Shown one piece after another: positions 1 through 13,682 of a DNA stretch of 64,000 bases. The translations under genes and the position numbers were made by a program. Numbering within the stretch: the stretch's first letter is position 1; each line of letters starts with the position of its first letter. Below the pieces are notes generated by a model. That model had not been told where the DNA came from. It was given only the letters and a program-made list of their open reading frames with translations, and searched no databases. Source of the stretch: Octopus vulgaris (taxonomy: Eukaryota); assembly GCA_951406725.2 (NCBI GenBank), contig OX597835.1:47864001-47928000 (forward strand), written 5' to 3'.

Positions 1-100
1 TTATTATTATTATTTATTTTTTTTTTAAACCTTCAAAAGAAAAGCTCTACCTTGTAATTTGTTCTATCTGTGTGCAGCCCTGTGTGGCTAATAAAGAAAC

Positions 101-141
<41 letters not shown>

Positions 142-548
142 TGTGTGTGTGTATGTATGAAGATCACGTTTCGTCTACCTATCTCTCTTTATCTATCTGT
201 CTCTATCTATCTATCTATCATTCTATCAGTCTGTCTGTCTGTCTGCCTGTCTATGCATTAATTCGTGTATGCGTGTATGTTGACGAGTATATATATGTAA
301 ATGGACATAAAGGATATATGTATGCATGTATTCATGTATAAACACACATAGATGAACATGCGCACACAAACCCACATACATACACACACACACATACACG
401 AACACATACACATTACTGGTTGTCGAACAGTAATAAATAGATATAAAGATATACAGACAGAATAAAGCAAGCAGCCAGGCAACTTGCTTGATAGACAGAC
501 AGAAGGACAGACTGACAGATAGATAGACGAAGAGACATACACAAACAC

Positions 549-594
549 ATACATACATACATACATACATACATACATACATACATACATACAT

Positions 595-631
<37 letters not shown>

Positions 632-688
632 TAGACAGACGGGCAGACAGACAGACAGACAGACAGACAGATAGACAGACAGATAGAC

Positions 689-760
<72 letters not shown>
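549..760. repeat. Compound tetranucleotide microsatellite (ATAC)n-(AGAC)n-(AGAT)n
   Basis: Directly visible tandem 4-mers. Confidence 0.95.
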
Positions 761-762
<2 letters not shown>

Positions 763-1030
763 ATTGGTAGTCAGATAGTGCAGTATATTAAATTATTCTT
801 CCGTCGACAACTTTGAAATTAAAATTCAAAACTAAAACCTTGGGGATTTTTAATTTAGCTTATTCTGAGTACATGTCTGTCTGTCTGTATGTATGTACGA
901 ATGAAAGGATAGATAAATGTGTGTATGTGTATGTATATATATGTGTGCGTATGCATATATGAATGCATGTATGTATGTATGTATGTATGTATGTATGTAT
1001 GTATATATATATATATACACACACACACAC

Positions 1031-1113
<83 letters not shown>

Positions 1114-1389
1114 CACACATACATATGTATGTGCCACTGTCTATACGTATACTCTCCTATATAATATAGACAATTGTAAGTCAAAGTATGATAGAATTTC
1201 GTAAACATGTTTGGAATGGTTTTGGTAATATAGGATGAAGTCTACCTGGATTCTTTGCACAAAGGAAAGAGATGAATTGGTTACTGTAGAATCCGTCGTG
1301 TTTGTATTTTTGTTTCTTACGTAAGAGAAATTATTGCATGTCCTTAATGTATATGGGGTGAGTGTTAAAGGAAGGTAAACAAATACGCA

Positions 1390-1802
1390 TGGTGGTGGTG
1401 GTTGTGGTGGCGGTAGTGGTAGTGATGGTGATGGTGGTGGTGGTGGAGATGATGATGATGATGACGGCGACGATGACTATGGTGATGGTGGTGGTGGTGG
1501 TACTGATGATGGTGGTGGTGGTGGTGGTGGTAGTGGTGGCAGTGGTGGTGGTGCTACCGCTGCTGATGGCGGTGGCGGTGGAGGCGTGATGATGCTCATG
1601 ATGATGACCATGAGATAATGATGATGGTGATGACGATGAAGATGACGTTATTGATGTTAATGGTAATGAAGATAATGATGACGATGACGATGATGAGGCT
1701 GATGATGTCTCAGTAATGCTGATAAGGGGGGAGGAATGATGACGATGGCGGAGGAAGGATGATGCTGCTGGTGGTGGTGGTGGCAGTTCTAGTGTTAGTC
1801 GC

Positions 1803-1836
<34 letters not shown>

Positions 1837-2028
1837 GCGATGACGACGATGATGATGATGATGATGACGATGATGACGATGATGAGATGATGATGATGAT
1901 GATGATGATGGTGATGATGACGGTAGAAGGATGAGACTGCTGCTGGTGGTGGTGGTGATGATGATGATGATGGCGATGACGACGACGACGATGATGGTGA
2001 TGATGGTGATGATGATGATGATGATGAC

Positions 2029-2069
<41 letters not shown>

Positions 2070-2158
2070 CGATGATGATGATGATTGTGATGATGATGAT
2101 GATGATGATGATGATGTTGATGATGATGATGATAGCGACGACGACGACGATGACGATG

Positions 2159-2190
<32 letters not shown>

Positions 2191-2250
2191 GATGGCAATG
2201 ACGACGACGACGACGACGATGATGGTGATTGTCATGATGTTATGTTAATG
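1390..2250. repeat. Compound trinucleotide microsatellite (GGT)n/(GAT)n/(GAC)n
   Basis: Directly visible; the overlapping ORFs are homopolymeric peptides. Confidence 0.9.
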
Positions 2251-2492
2251 ATGTTGACGATGAAGATAATTGGATGGGTATGGGATGAACAATAATAAAT
2301 ATATATAAAAAGCAAAAGCAGAAGAACAAAATAATAGAAAAAAAAAACGGAGAAATAACAGTCCCATCACTGCACAGAAGTGTTGTCTCTATTTATAGAA
2401 GCGTTATTGGTTTAGGTTAAAGATGTCAGTAACAGATGGCTGTCACATCTTCGGATGAGTTGGGTAAAGACAGACTCAGTTTACACACTGCA

Positions 2493-2930
2493 AATTACTG
2501 TTTGCTGAGAGATGAGGCATGTGACACAACAACAACAACAGCAACCACAGCAACTACAGCAACACCGCATACTACAACTACGACCAACACCATTACAACT
2601 ACTACTACTACTATACTACAACCACCACCACCTCCACTACTATTACTACTACTACTGCAATTACCATCACCAGCACCACCAACACTACTACTACTATTAC
2701 TACTACTACTACTAGCACTAATTACTGTTTGCTGAGAGATGAGGCCCGTGACACAACAACAACCACCACCACCACCACCACCACCACCACCACAGCAACA
2801 ACAACAACACCGCATACTACAACTACCACCAACACCATTACAACTACCACTAATACTACCACTACTATTAATACTACTACTACAATTACCACCACCAGCA
2901 CCACCAACACTACTACTACTACTACTATTA
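2493..2930 (+). repeat. Two-copy tandem duplication (~228-bp unit) containing triplet repeats
   Basis: aattactgtttgctgagagatgaggc..gtgacacaacaac starts at 2493 and again at 2721; the downstream block order is the same in both. Confidence 0.85.
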
Positions 2931-4610
2931 TCATTTTTATTGTCAGTGTTATTGTCATTGTTATTGTGCTCTGGCCTGCATCGTTTGACACCCCCCCCCC
3001 TGTTTGGCTGACATGCTCTTTCATGATTACATGACAAGAAAGATTCTTTTTACCTCAGCTTTACTGGGCTTTCGGCATATTTCGGAGTCTTTCACTGTAC
3101 CGTGGGGGATAAAAGAAGGTTCGCCCTGAGACAATTTACTTGAATACACATAGCAATCATCCATGGTGTCCCTCTAAGACCGTGTCTTGAGTAAGTGGTG
3201 GTGGTGGGGAGATGCTTTTAACAAAGATGGTAGAAGGGGATACGCTCTCTGGTCTTTTTGAAATTTATGAAAACACAAAAATAGATTTTACAAAGAATTA
3301 TAAACGTTAAAAATGGCAATAAAACAGATCGAATTTATAAATAAAAGCAATCATGGTTTGACAATAACAACAACACCAACACCAATGCTAACACTGTCAA
3401 TAACTCAATAACAACAACAACAACAAGTGTTAAGAATAACAACCGTACTTGGTTTTTAATTCCGTAGAAATCCAAAAAAACAAATAATAAACATCGCTCA
3501 ACTTCAGAGAAAGAAAAAAGTGTATAATACGTAACAAACGATAGTGCTTCCTTGCTCTGAGGAAAATGAGCGAAAGTGGTTTGCATATACCTTCGAAAAA
3601 AGAATCTGGGGGGACAAGTTGATCGATGGATAAGATTAGTGTTACATTAATTGAGGCGGGAAGTATCGAAGCGAATGTCTGGTCTTTAAGAAGAACGAGG
3701 TGAAGGGATAATCAGAAGTGGTGTATCACACACATTGGTCACAAGATGGTGCGGGGAAAAGGAATACTCGGTTTATAGCCGCGGATATCGCTACAAAAGT
3801 AGCACTTGATTTCAGGTTACGTTTGTGTTACAGTTCAGTCGGGTTGTGAGTGCGGAGGCGTGGTAGAAGCCAAATAGACACTGGTTTATCTGCTCAAACC
3901 TCCAGATTATAATGGGTCCAAGACTCTCCAGAAGTTATACCTCATTGAAGCAACAGAGATATGGTCAATGACATTTGAAGTGAAGAACAAACGGCTCAAT
4001 TATTGTAGGTGTGATAATAAAACCTACTTGATGGTATTCTACCTAAATTGTTTTTTTTTTTAAATTATTATACGAATAGCAAGAGCAGACTGTTGGGAAT
4101 GTCTATGTGGACATACAGGTTCTATGGACTCCCGAAACCTACAAATGTCTCCCAAAATTATCCCGATGGTGCAGAGCAGAAGGTTCATTCCCTAGACACG
4201 TGGGGGGGGGTATGGCTATTGTTCTACCACCCAGATAAAGTAAAGTTTGTGATACTCTAAACATCCTAACAAGAGCTGCCGAAGCAGCAGCAATAATACA
4301 AGCAGTTGACGTGAATGTTTCACTGATGAGAGTCAGCAAGAGCGAAACATATCCGTTTACAAAGACCAGATTCGCTTCATGCAATTTTTGTATTGTGTGT
4401 GAGTTCAAACTCCGATGACTTTCAATTAATTGTTTTGCAGGAATCAGATCAGTTTTGAGAGAATATCTCATTGCAGTACGTTGCAATGGGTTAACCATTT
4501 AGAGGAATAGCTAAAACAAACAAAAAAACTCTGGACATGTACTAGTCATCAGCTAAAGTTCGATATATCAAAGATATTTTTATTGTTGTCATTTTGTTTC
4601 TAATGCAAGT

Positions 4611-4751
4611 TCTTTTATAAAAGACTGGTACTTATTCTATCGGTGCCTTCTGCCGAACCGCTAAGTTACAGGAACGTAATTACACCAGCACCAGTTGTTA
4701 AGCGGTGACAGGAGACAAACATGGACTCGCGCGCATACTCACACATGCACA

Positions 4752-4802
<51 letters not shown>

Positions 4803-4948
4803 GACGGGCTTCTTCAGTTTGCATCTACAAAAATCACTCACAAGGGTTTGGTCGGTCAGAGGCTACAGTAGAAGTTATTCCATCAAGGTGCCACGCAGTG
4901 GGACTGAACCCAGAACCATGTGATTGGGAAGCGCGCTTCTTACCACAC
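4611..4948 (-). mobile_element. SINE family A copy (tRNA-derived, internal microsatellite)
   Basis: Reverse complement matches the copies at 15712 and 54891; internal (CA)n linker. Confidence 0.85.
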
Positions 4949-5472
4949 ACTCACACACATACATATATGTATGTGTGCGTATGTTTGTATGCGCGCTCGC
5001 GAGTGTGTGTGTGTGTGTATGTAGGTTTTTATTCTGCTCTTCTGATCAGTTCAGTTTATGGCTTGGGTTAGATCCAAAATGTCGCATCAAATATTCTTGA
5101 AACACGTTGTCTCCCTTCATCATTTATCAGTTTGATTACCCAATACGAAATCTATACGTGTTAACATTAATAAGTGCAACAAAACCACAACAACAGCATA
5201 TACAGCAACAACAGCATCAAGAACATACACAACAGTATGGTGTGCTGTTTTTGGCACAAGGCCACAACATTTGAGGCAATGAATAGACCGGATCAGAACG
5301 GTTGAGGGATCCTCGACGCTACATTTGGGGCGAACGGCAGTAGAATGCGGACAGCATTACACGTGACTAAAGATGCAGTATAGCTGGGACTCTTTTTGAC
5401 GATACAGTAGAGAAGCAACAACAACTGTAAAAGATGCAGTATAAGCTGTGTCTTTTTTTTGTTTAGAAAACG

Positions 5473-5516
<44 letters not shown>

Positions 5517-5521
<5 letters not shown>

Positions 5522-5690
5522 GAATTTACGATGACGGGAGTGTAAACAACAAACAGGTGTATTAGTTTAACGCTCGAGAAGTGAGAAAGTCTTTTACGTT
5601 TCGAGCCAACGCTCTTCCACAGAAAGGAACACGGAATTAAGCAGGGAGAGAAAATAGAAAAAGGTCTAGTGGGTAGCGATCTATCATGGC
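5517..5690 (-). mobile_element. Penelope-like terminal repeat fragment with variant minimal hammerhead (5591-5626)
   Basis: Homologous to 55412-55580; minus strand reads cttt-ctgtgga-a-gagc-gttg-gctc-gaaa-cg-ta-aaag; starts right after (TA)n. Confidence 0.6.
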
Positions 5691-5707
5691 AATCTATCTA
5701 TCTATCC

Positions 5708-5842
<135 letters not shown>

Positions 5843-6079
5843 TTCGGGATTTATCACGACTTTGTAACACCTTGGGCAAGTTTCTTCTACTTTAGCCCTG
5901 GGCCGGACCAAGGCACCCCAAGTAGAGGACGGAGACTAAAAAGATCCCGTCACATGTATGTATTCACCATCATTTTATTTGTTTCATTCAGTTTTAGAAA
6001 AAATAAAACGTCTTTAACAATCCCGGAGCGTATTGATCTTATTTTGTGCGTAACTTTTGGCCCAGCCTGCACGAACGCA

Positions 6080-6157
<78 letters not shown>

Positions 6158-6762
6158 GCACACACATACCCACACATACATACTATATATATCACTCAAC
6201 TACGGTAGTATTCGAATAATATTCTTAAGGCTGCAATTTACTGACAAGCAGCATCTTTCAGAGCTTGTCGCTAATTCGCTTCTTAACCAAATTAAAATCT
6301 CTTAACATTTCTGAAGAGGGCTCGTCCCTAGCTACATTTTGGCATAAAAAATTGCCATTTGATCCTGTAGAAAAATGTTTACATCGAAATTTGTAACAAC
6401 GTTATAGGAGAGTAAGTAACACCTCCAATCAAGTTTAGATCTAAATAACTTTTTTAGTTTAAAAGGAAAATATATTTATCTTAGTTTAAATGACAGAAGA
6501 AAGCATCAAGAATTTCTTAGTTTTGGTACCATGCAACAAAAATTTGTATCAGAAGCGTTATGAGGTAAAATATCATGCAAAAAATCATAAGTTTTATAAG
6601 TTTTAAAGAAAAAACTTATGAGTGTTTCTCAAATTTGAGGGTGATAATATGGTTCTATACTTTTAATCTCTTTGTCTGTCTTTGTTTGTCCCTTCTATGT
6701 TTAGCTCCCTGAGGGCAATAAAGAAATAAATATATACATACATACATACATACATACATACA

Positions 6763-6794
<32 letters not shown>

Positions 6795-7586
6795 CATACA
6801 TACATACATACATACATACATACATGCATACAAACATACATACATACATACATACATACACACAGATATGGAATAAATGTGTTATAGTTATAATTTTCAT
6901 TTCACGTATTACTTTTTAGTCTTTCTTTGAAGAATTACAGAGAGAAGCTTCTACACATGTTTTTCTACATGTATACTTTTGTAACTCCTATTCTGTAATG
7001 AAACAAGTGTAACACAGAATGAAAAATAAACCAATTTTTCTTCAAGTCTTTTGCTTTGATATGTAATTTCTCTGCAAACAGAATTCAGAAATTTAAAATG
7101 CAATGAGTGCCCCATTTCAAAACAAAACATCCATATACATACCTTAGATTATTGTGTACATGCATATGAGCTTCATGAGGGCCCAACATGTGTTCTAACC
7201 CCTTCTATGCAATACACACACACACAATTCGATTTTGTATTTGGTTTGCAAGATTCTCGATGTGAATTCTTGTATTGTAAGCAACCGCACATACGCATAG
7301 AAACATACCAGCAAAGCATTACAATCGCATAGGGATGAGACTAATTCTGAAACAAACACAAGTCAGACCTTAAAGAGAAATTAAATGTCGTTGATGCGGT
7401 TGCCAATAACAACGAAAGAGCTATGAGCAGCAACTAACCGATTGATAGTATACAAAAGATCGATTATTTAGATGTTTCATCAATTGATCAATATTAAAGA
7501 AGTGAGACTGAATCAGTGTGTGTGTTTGTTATTACTGGTGTAATGACACTCCCGTGACGCCGAAACATGTATGTGTGTGTGTGTGT

Positions 7587-7637
<51 letters not shown>

Positions 7638-8024
7638 GTGTATGCTTGTATACATAAATGTATGTGTACGTTTCTCTTTGTATTTGTGGTTGTCTCTCAC
7701 CCCTGCTTGACAACTGGTGTTGTTTTGTTTAAGTCTCGTACCTTAGCATTTCGCCAAAAACCATTATCAACGAGTACGAAGCTTAGAAAAAGTAAGTAAA
7801 AGTGTTAATTTGTTCGACTAAACGCTTCTAGGCGGTGCTGCAGCATGGCAGCAGTCTTATGACTGAAGCAAGTAAAAGATTTTAAAAAAACCAACAGATA
7901 ATCGCTATGAGTGCATGTGGTGTGAGAGCTACTATTTCTAGCAGTGAAGTGACCGTGTGCAGCTGTGGACCCCAACCCCTAATGTCCTCGCAGAGTGGTC
8001 TGAAGAGAAATTCTTTTGAAATTC

Positions 8025-8425
8025 TTTTATTCGTTTATTCTTTTACTTGTTTCAGTCATTTGACTGCGGCCATGCTGGAGGACCACCTTTTAGTCGAGCA
8101 AATGGACCCTAAGACTTATTCTTTGTAAGCCTAGTACTTATTCTTTCGGTCTCTTTTTGCCGAACCGCTAAATTAATCGCATGTCTAGTAGTGGTGGACA
8201 AACACACACACACACACACATATACTTACATATACACATACATACACACACATACACATACACATATATATACCACGGGCTTCTTTCAGTTTCTGTCTAC
8301 CGAATCCACTCAGAAGGCTTTGGTCAGGCCGACGCTATAGTAGAAGACACTTGCCCAAGGTGCCATGCAGTGGGACTGAACCCGGAACCATGTGGTTGAT
8401 AAGCAAGCTACTTATCCCGCAGCCG
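8025..8425 (-). mobile_element. SINE family A copy
   Basis: Head (A/B-box-like), microsatellite linker and gtaaaaga tail all present in reverse complement. Confidence 0.9.
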
Positions 8426-8890
8426 CTTACTTTTGAAATGGGTTGTTAGTAAACCTAGCTGTTCATTGATATACTCTCTCCAATTTGCTGTGGTCCACTA
8501 ACTGGGCGCTGTGGCATCTCTGGTCACATCCCACTTTTCAAGAATTTTATTTTATCATTGCCTTTTCTCAAAACATCAAATGCGAGTGAAACGTCGACGG
8601 AAACTATTGAGAAGCCCGTCAGCAAAACTGTACCCGTAATCAAAAACGTCCGTCCTGGTCACACATTGTTGTGTCACGTTGGTTTAGCTTCAGGATTACA
8701 TTTAGAGGTTTATGTGACTGGACTGCATTCAAACATGTTGGTATTAATTTAAATAGTAAGTAATCTCCTTGATCGAATAATCGAATCTTCATCTTCGAAA
8801 CTGACGGAGATCCCAATTTCTTCTTATTTGTATTAATAATTTGAACCACAGCACAACATCTACAGCAATCAAGCGTTAATGAAAAATATT

Positions 8891-9175
8891 GGCACTCCGT
8901 CGTTGACGACGACGAGAGTTCCAGTTGACCCGATCAACGGAACAGCCCGCTGGTGAAATTAGCCTGCAAGTGGCTGAGCACTCCACAGACACGTGTACCC
9001 TTGACGTAGTTCTCAGGAAAATCAAGCGTGACACAGAATGTGAGAAGGTTGATTCTTTTGTATCCCAGGTACTTCTCATTTTGACAGCTGAATAGACTGG
9101 AGCAATGTGAAATAAAGTGTCTTGCTCAGGGACACAACGCGTCGTCGTGGCTCGAACTCTCGACCTTACGATCGC
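8891..9175 (-). mobile_element. SINE family D copy (tRNA-derived)
   Basis: Reverse complement of 33168-33490; B-box-like gagttcgag followed by gtgtccctgagcaagacactttatttcac. Confidence 0.8.
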
Positions 9176-9356
9176 GCCTTCACGATCAATCGCTGATCAG
9201 GATTACAACGAAACATAGACTACAAACAAAGAAACAAAGAAATAAACCGAAGACTATTTCATATGAAAAGGAGTATCAAATGGGAAGTACACCCAACCGG
9301 GTTATATTCGTTAAATTGTCTTTCTATTTAATTCATCATGAAGAGGAAGAGGACCT

Positions 9357-9537
9357 TGTGTTTAGGACCTCACTTCCCAACCACATGGTTCCGAGTTCAG
9401 TCCCACTGGCAGGCACTTTGCGCAAGTGTCTTTTACTATCGCCCTGGACCGAACAAAGCTTTGTGAGTGGATTTGGTAGACGGAATCTGAAAGAAGCCCG
9501 TCGTCTATCTATCTCTCTCTCTCTCTCTCTCTATCCT

Positions 9538-9588
<51 letters not shown>

Positions 9589-9845
9589 CATATAGCTATT
9601 TATGCATGTGTGTATCTATGTGTGTGCGTCTTTGCGCTAATGTTTGTCCCCACTGCTCGTTGACATCTAGCGCTGGGATTTGCTTATGCGCCCGTAACTG
9701 AGATGTTCGGTAAAATAAGATCGATAGAATAGGTACAAAGCTTATGAATAAGTCCTGGGGCAGATTTGCTGAACTAAACCTCTTCAAGGTCGTGTCCCAG
9801 CGCGACAGCGATCCGAAGACTGAGACTTGTGAAAGATAAAAGATT
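9357..9845 (+). mobile_element. SINE family A copy (diverged)
   Basis: ccacatggttccgagttcagtcccactg...gtgagtggatttggtagacgg, microsatellite linker, 3' module. Confidence 0.85.
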
Positions 9846-10756
9846 GGCGCACCTCAAGATTATGTTTCTCATAAAATCTTTCATCAAGGTAAAAAAAAGA
9901 AAGATATTGTGAAAACCAAAAGATGTAAAACACTAAACAAAGCAGAAATTCTAAATCTATTTTGTTGTTTGTTGTCCGGCGATATTTAATATCAAGAAAT
10001 TCATGGAATTTTATTGACAACGCAAAAAAAAAACAAGAAACAAAGGGTTTGTTTCTGTTATATTTTATTCCCAGAACTTTCCAAGCAAACAACGGACATC
10101 GGATGAGAACATCATGAGAGACCCAGAAAGGTCAGATATTTCATTATTAATTACTTAATACGCTTAATGCTCTTATACTCTACGCTGTTTCGGACCATCC
10201 CTTGGTTCTTTACATGTTTATTACCATATTTTTTGTTGTTTCATTCTTTAATTGTTCCATTTCTCTCGTGATTAATCATTTTTAGAAGCTTTTATTTTTT
10301 CATTTATCTTTTACTTGTTTCTCTCATGGAAATGCGGCCATGCTTGGGCCCCACCTTGTTGGATTTTAGTCGAACAACTCGACCCCAATACTTAGTTTTT
10401 CTACACTGTCTGGTATCGAAGAACTAAAGTTCGATTTTATTCAAACTTTTTGCAACTTTAGAAGCAATATCCAAGACTCTTGTTCGTGTGTGAGAGTTTA
10501 TCCTTATAATCCGGCGAAATCTACTTAATCTTACCGTGCTTTCCAAGATTGTCATAATTTTGAGAAAAAACGTCTCATGGTAACAACCAATGTCTATTCA
10601 ATACAAATGCGTAATTAAATATCAATTTCCAAAATGTTACCTTTGGTATCTTTACAAAATAATGAATTCATATCTCAGATGCTTTACCCCAATTTTACAT
10701 CATAAGATAATTTTCACCAAACCTTAGTTAATATTTTTGATGCGGTTTATATCAAC

Positions 10757-11048
10757 GGCACGTGGCCTAGTGGTTTAGGTGTTGTATTCCCGATCCCGAG
10801 ATCGTGGGTTCGATTCCCGGAGCGAGCTGCGCGTTGTGTTCTTGAGCAAAACGCTCCATTTCCCGTTGCTCTGCGATCATTTCGACACCTGAAGTGTGGT
10901 CAGACTTGTGCAGACGATGTCGATATTGATGGAGGGAGTGAGAGCTAATGCACAGCACATACCTTTGGTCACTGCAAAGAAATTACTTTTGTGCGGGTCG
11001 TTCAGCAAGAACTGAACAATCATGCGTCGTCTTCGACGGGAGAGGGCA
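10757..11048 (+). mobile_element. SINE family C copy (tRNA-derived)
   Basis: A box tggcctagtgg, B box ggttcgattcc; second copy on the minus strand at 37695-37958. Confidence 0.85.
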
Positions 11049-11743
11049 TTATATATCCTCTTGAGAGCTGGTTACTTTTTTAATAACATGAGGTTATGGT
11101 AAAGCAAGTGACAGCAAAAACATAACTAACAAAAGAAGGATGCGAAGTCAATAAAAATTATTTACTAGACAAAATTTGGGTCATACATTGTCAACATTTT
11201 ACGAAAAGAAAAAAAGAAAGAAAATTTGGAAACATTTTGCTTTGCAAGAAGCACTTTGGTGGAGAAAACTGCTTCAAATGTTTGTAACACATTTTTAGTG
11301 TTTAGATTTTGATTGAATATAACTTGTTCTAATAGAACATCCACGTTTAAGTAGGGCTACAGATTACTTCTCGGTACAAATACTGCTTCCGTCGCTAATA
11401 AATATTGTTAATGATGTCCAATGAGTTTCCATTTTGTAAAAATTGTTACCAGTTATTACACCCATCCCATTTCTTCTTTCGAAAATTACTCGAGACATTT
11501 TAATTGATTTTACTTACAAAGATTTATACAGACATTAGAGTTTATCATTTTCTGCCTTCCTAAATCGGTTTCTTTACTTTACAGAAATAGATTATATACC
11601 AATTAAAAAGAAGTGTATGGGTTTGCGCCCATCTACTGAACAACTCAACGCGTTCCATCAACGTAAAATCCAGGCAGCTCAGTTTTCCCATAATTTGCCA
11701 GATTATCGTTTCCAATAATGTCTCAGAATATCAGAATATCTGA

Positions 11744-12022
11744 GCGGGAGTGGCTGTGTGGTAAGTAGCTTGCTAACCAACCACATGGTTGTGGGTTCAG
11801 TCCCACTGCGTGGCATCTTGGGCAAGTGTCTTCTGCTATAGCCCCGGGCCGACCAATGCCTTGTATGGGTTTGCGCCCATCTACTGAGCAACTCAACGCG
11901 TTCCATCAACGTGAAATCCAGGTAGATATGGCAGCTCAGTTTTCCCATAATTTGCCAGATTATCGTTTCCAATAATGTCTCAGAATGACTGAAACAAGTA
12001 AAAGAGTTCAAGAGTAAAGAGT
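11744..12022 (+). mobile_element. Chimeric SINE A: head and tail retained, middle replaced by a copy of upstream flank
   Basis: 11862-11986 duplicates 11614-11729; SINE head before it and gactgaaacaagtaaaagag tail after it. Confidence 0.85.
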
Positions 12023-12789
12023 TTAATTTGGAGCTCAAAAATTGATTCCTGACAAAATTTTACTTATGAAAACATGTCCCTAAGTCCTTGGATGTCGACT
12101 TCTCCAAAGAGAGTCAAAATAATTAAACAAAATTCCACGAAAAGACCCTTCTTGTCAACTGAGTGAAAAGGGCTGAAGTGATAGACTTTCGTCTCCGACC
12201 AAGACCTCATAATCTTTTTCTGGGTCCACTTGGAAAGGAATGTAAGGGTGGGGAAGGAAGGGGATACCGTCTCCCAGTAAATTTGTTGAAAGACTTGTGA
12301 ATAGAGCGAGAAGGGTCCAAGTAAATGAGAAAACTTTAAACATGCTCTTAAAGGCTGAAAATTTCGGAGAGAGAAGCACTCAGCATGGTTCACCTGGTGA
12401 TCAGGGTGACTAGGGATCTATGGGGTTCCTTTGTTGCCCCTGGGTGGTGTTCCATGACCTCTGATAACTGATTATATTGTTTATAGTTTTACTGTTATCC
12501 ATTCATTGTTGACACATAAGCCCTCACTCTGCTTTGTCTTGTATCACCCCTTTGTTGTGTGCGCAGATCTTATGGCCTATGCAAATTTATTATTGTTATT
12601 CAAATATTCTGTATCTCACTCCTATAGTGAAATTTAGGTGGGTTTCCTCTAGGATAACAAGTCACCACCTGTAACCTCAACCATCCAAGAATGATCTCTG
12701 CTTCTAACAAGCAGGTCAGCTGAGTGTGTCCTATGTGCTTCTGCGGGCCAATCGTTTTCTATTCGCTCGTTGGGCCTCTTCCCTGTCTT

Positions 12790-13560
12790 CCACTAAGGCT
12801 TCAATGACGATTGGAAAGGCCTCACTTTTTCCATAACCTCACAATCTGTTTATCTCGCTCAAGTCCTGTTATATGTCTAAATCTTTGATTTATTTTCCTT
12901 TTATTCTTGTAGCAAATGTACAGGCCGCATTAATTATGTTGCAAGTCCGTTCCCTCTTCGCAACACCAAAATACCTGATCTGTTTTGCTCACGGCCATGA
13001 TCCGTTTAATTAAGTAAGTCCCCAAAATGTTGTGTCACTTGGTCATTCCCACTCACTTTTTCAGGTGAATTTTCATACCAGTTGTGCTTTGATGAAAGTC
13101 CATACTACTTACCCATTTCCCAGTGGATGATCTTTGCAACATTATCGTGTCTCCAAGATTTGTACTGTTTCTCTGTGTGTTTGGAACATTCACTTACTAT
13201 GTCAGTCGCTGTTGCTTCTCGTTCGTCGCACAATGGCATAACATTGACTTTTGCCCTACGTTTTGCACTATTTATCTAAAAGATTTCATCCTGAGCTACC
13301 ATGATTAATCCGTCTGTCTCGTTTTTTGAGAATCCCCTTTTTTAACCAATTCCAACTGACTCTGCATCTTTCCGCATCTCTACCTCTATATAACTCTGCT
13401 TTCTCTTTCCAGGCACTTCATATTTTGTTTGTCCTTCTCCTACCATGCTTGCATTGCTTACTGCTGCTAGTGTCTCTGCCGTATTTCCCTTAACACACTC
13501 ATTGACACTTTTCACTTCCTCCACACCGAGCATTCTCATCAATCCATTTTTACCTTTCAT
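12790..13560 (-). mobile_element. Old decayed R4/Dong-type non-LTR retrotransposon, C-terminal region
   Basis: Manual translation through stops and frameshifts gives SWNWLKKGILKK/ETDGLIMVAQDE...DIVSECSK..WRHDNVAKIIHWE..NWYENSPEKV..TCNIINAAC..QDLSEINRL..FPIVIEAL, colinear with the fragments at 59.0 and 60.0 kb. Confidence 0.8.
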
Positions 13561-13682
13561 GTCAATACCTGCCCTTCTTATGCAATGCTTTGTACATTGT
13601 CGTTATTATCATTACCGGCGTTTTGTCTGTCTGTACGTTAAATATTCAAATTCCGCCGAGTTCACTTTGGATGCATTCCCCT

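Noticed and set aside
6310-6335. Hammerhead candidate ctgaaga-gggctcgtccc
   Set aside because: No GAAA after the stem; the similar partial hits near 3556, 8000 and 38333 also lack paired stems.
10757-10830. Functional tRNA gene
   Set aside because: The A/B boxes continue into a repeated SINE body; no proper acceptor stem or terminator.
12064-12393. 109-aa minus-strand ORF as a gene or LINE fragment
   Set aside because: Only a vague resemblance to an L1/Tx1 C-terminal region; no diagnostic motif could be confirmed.
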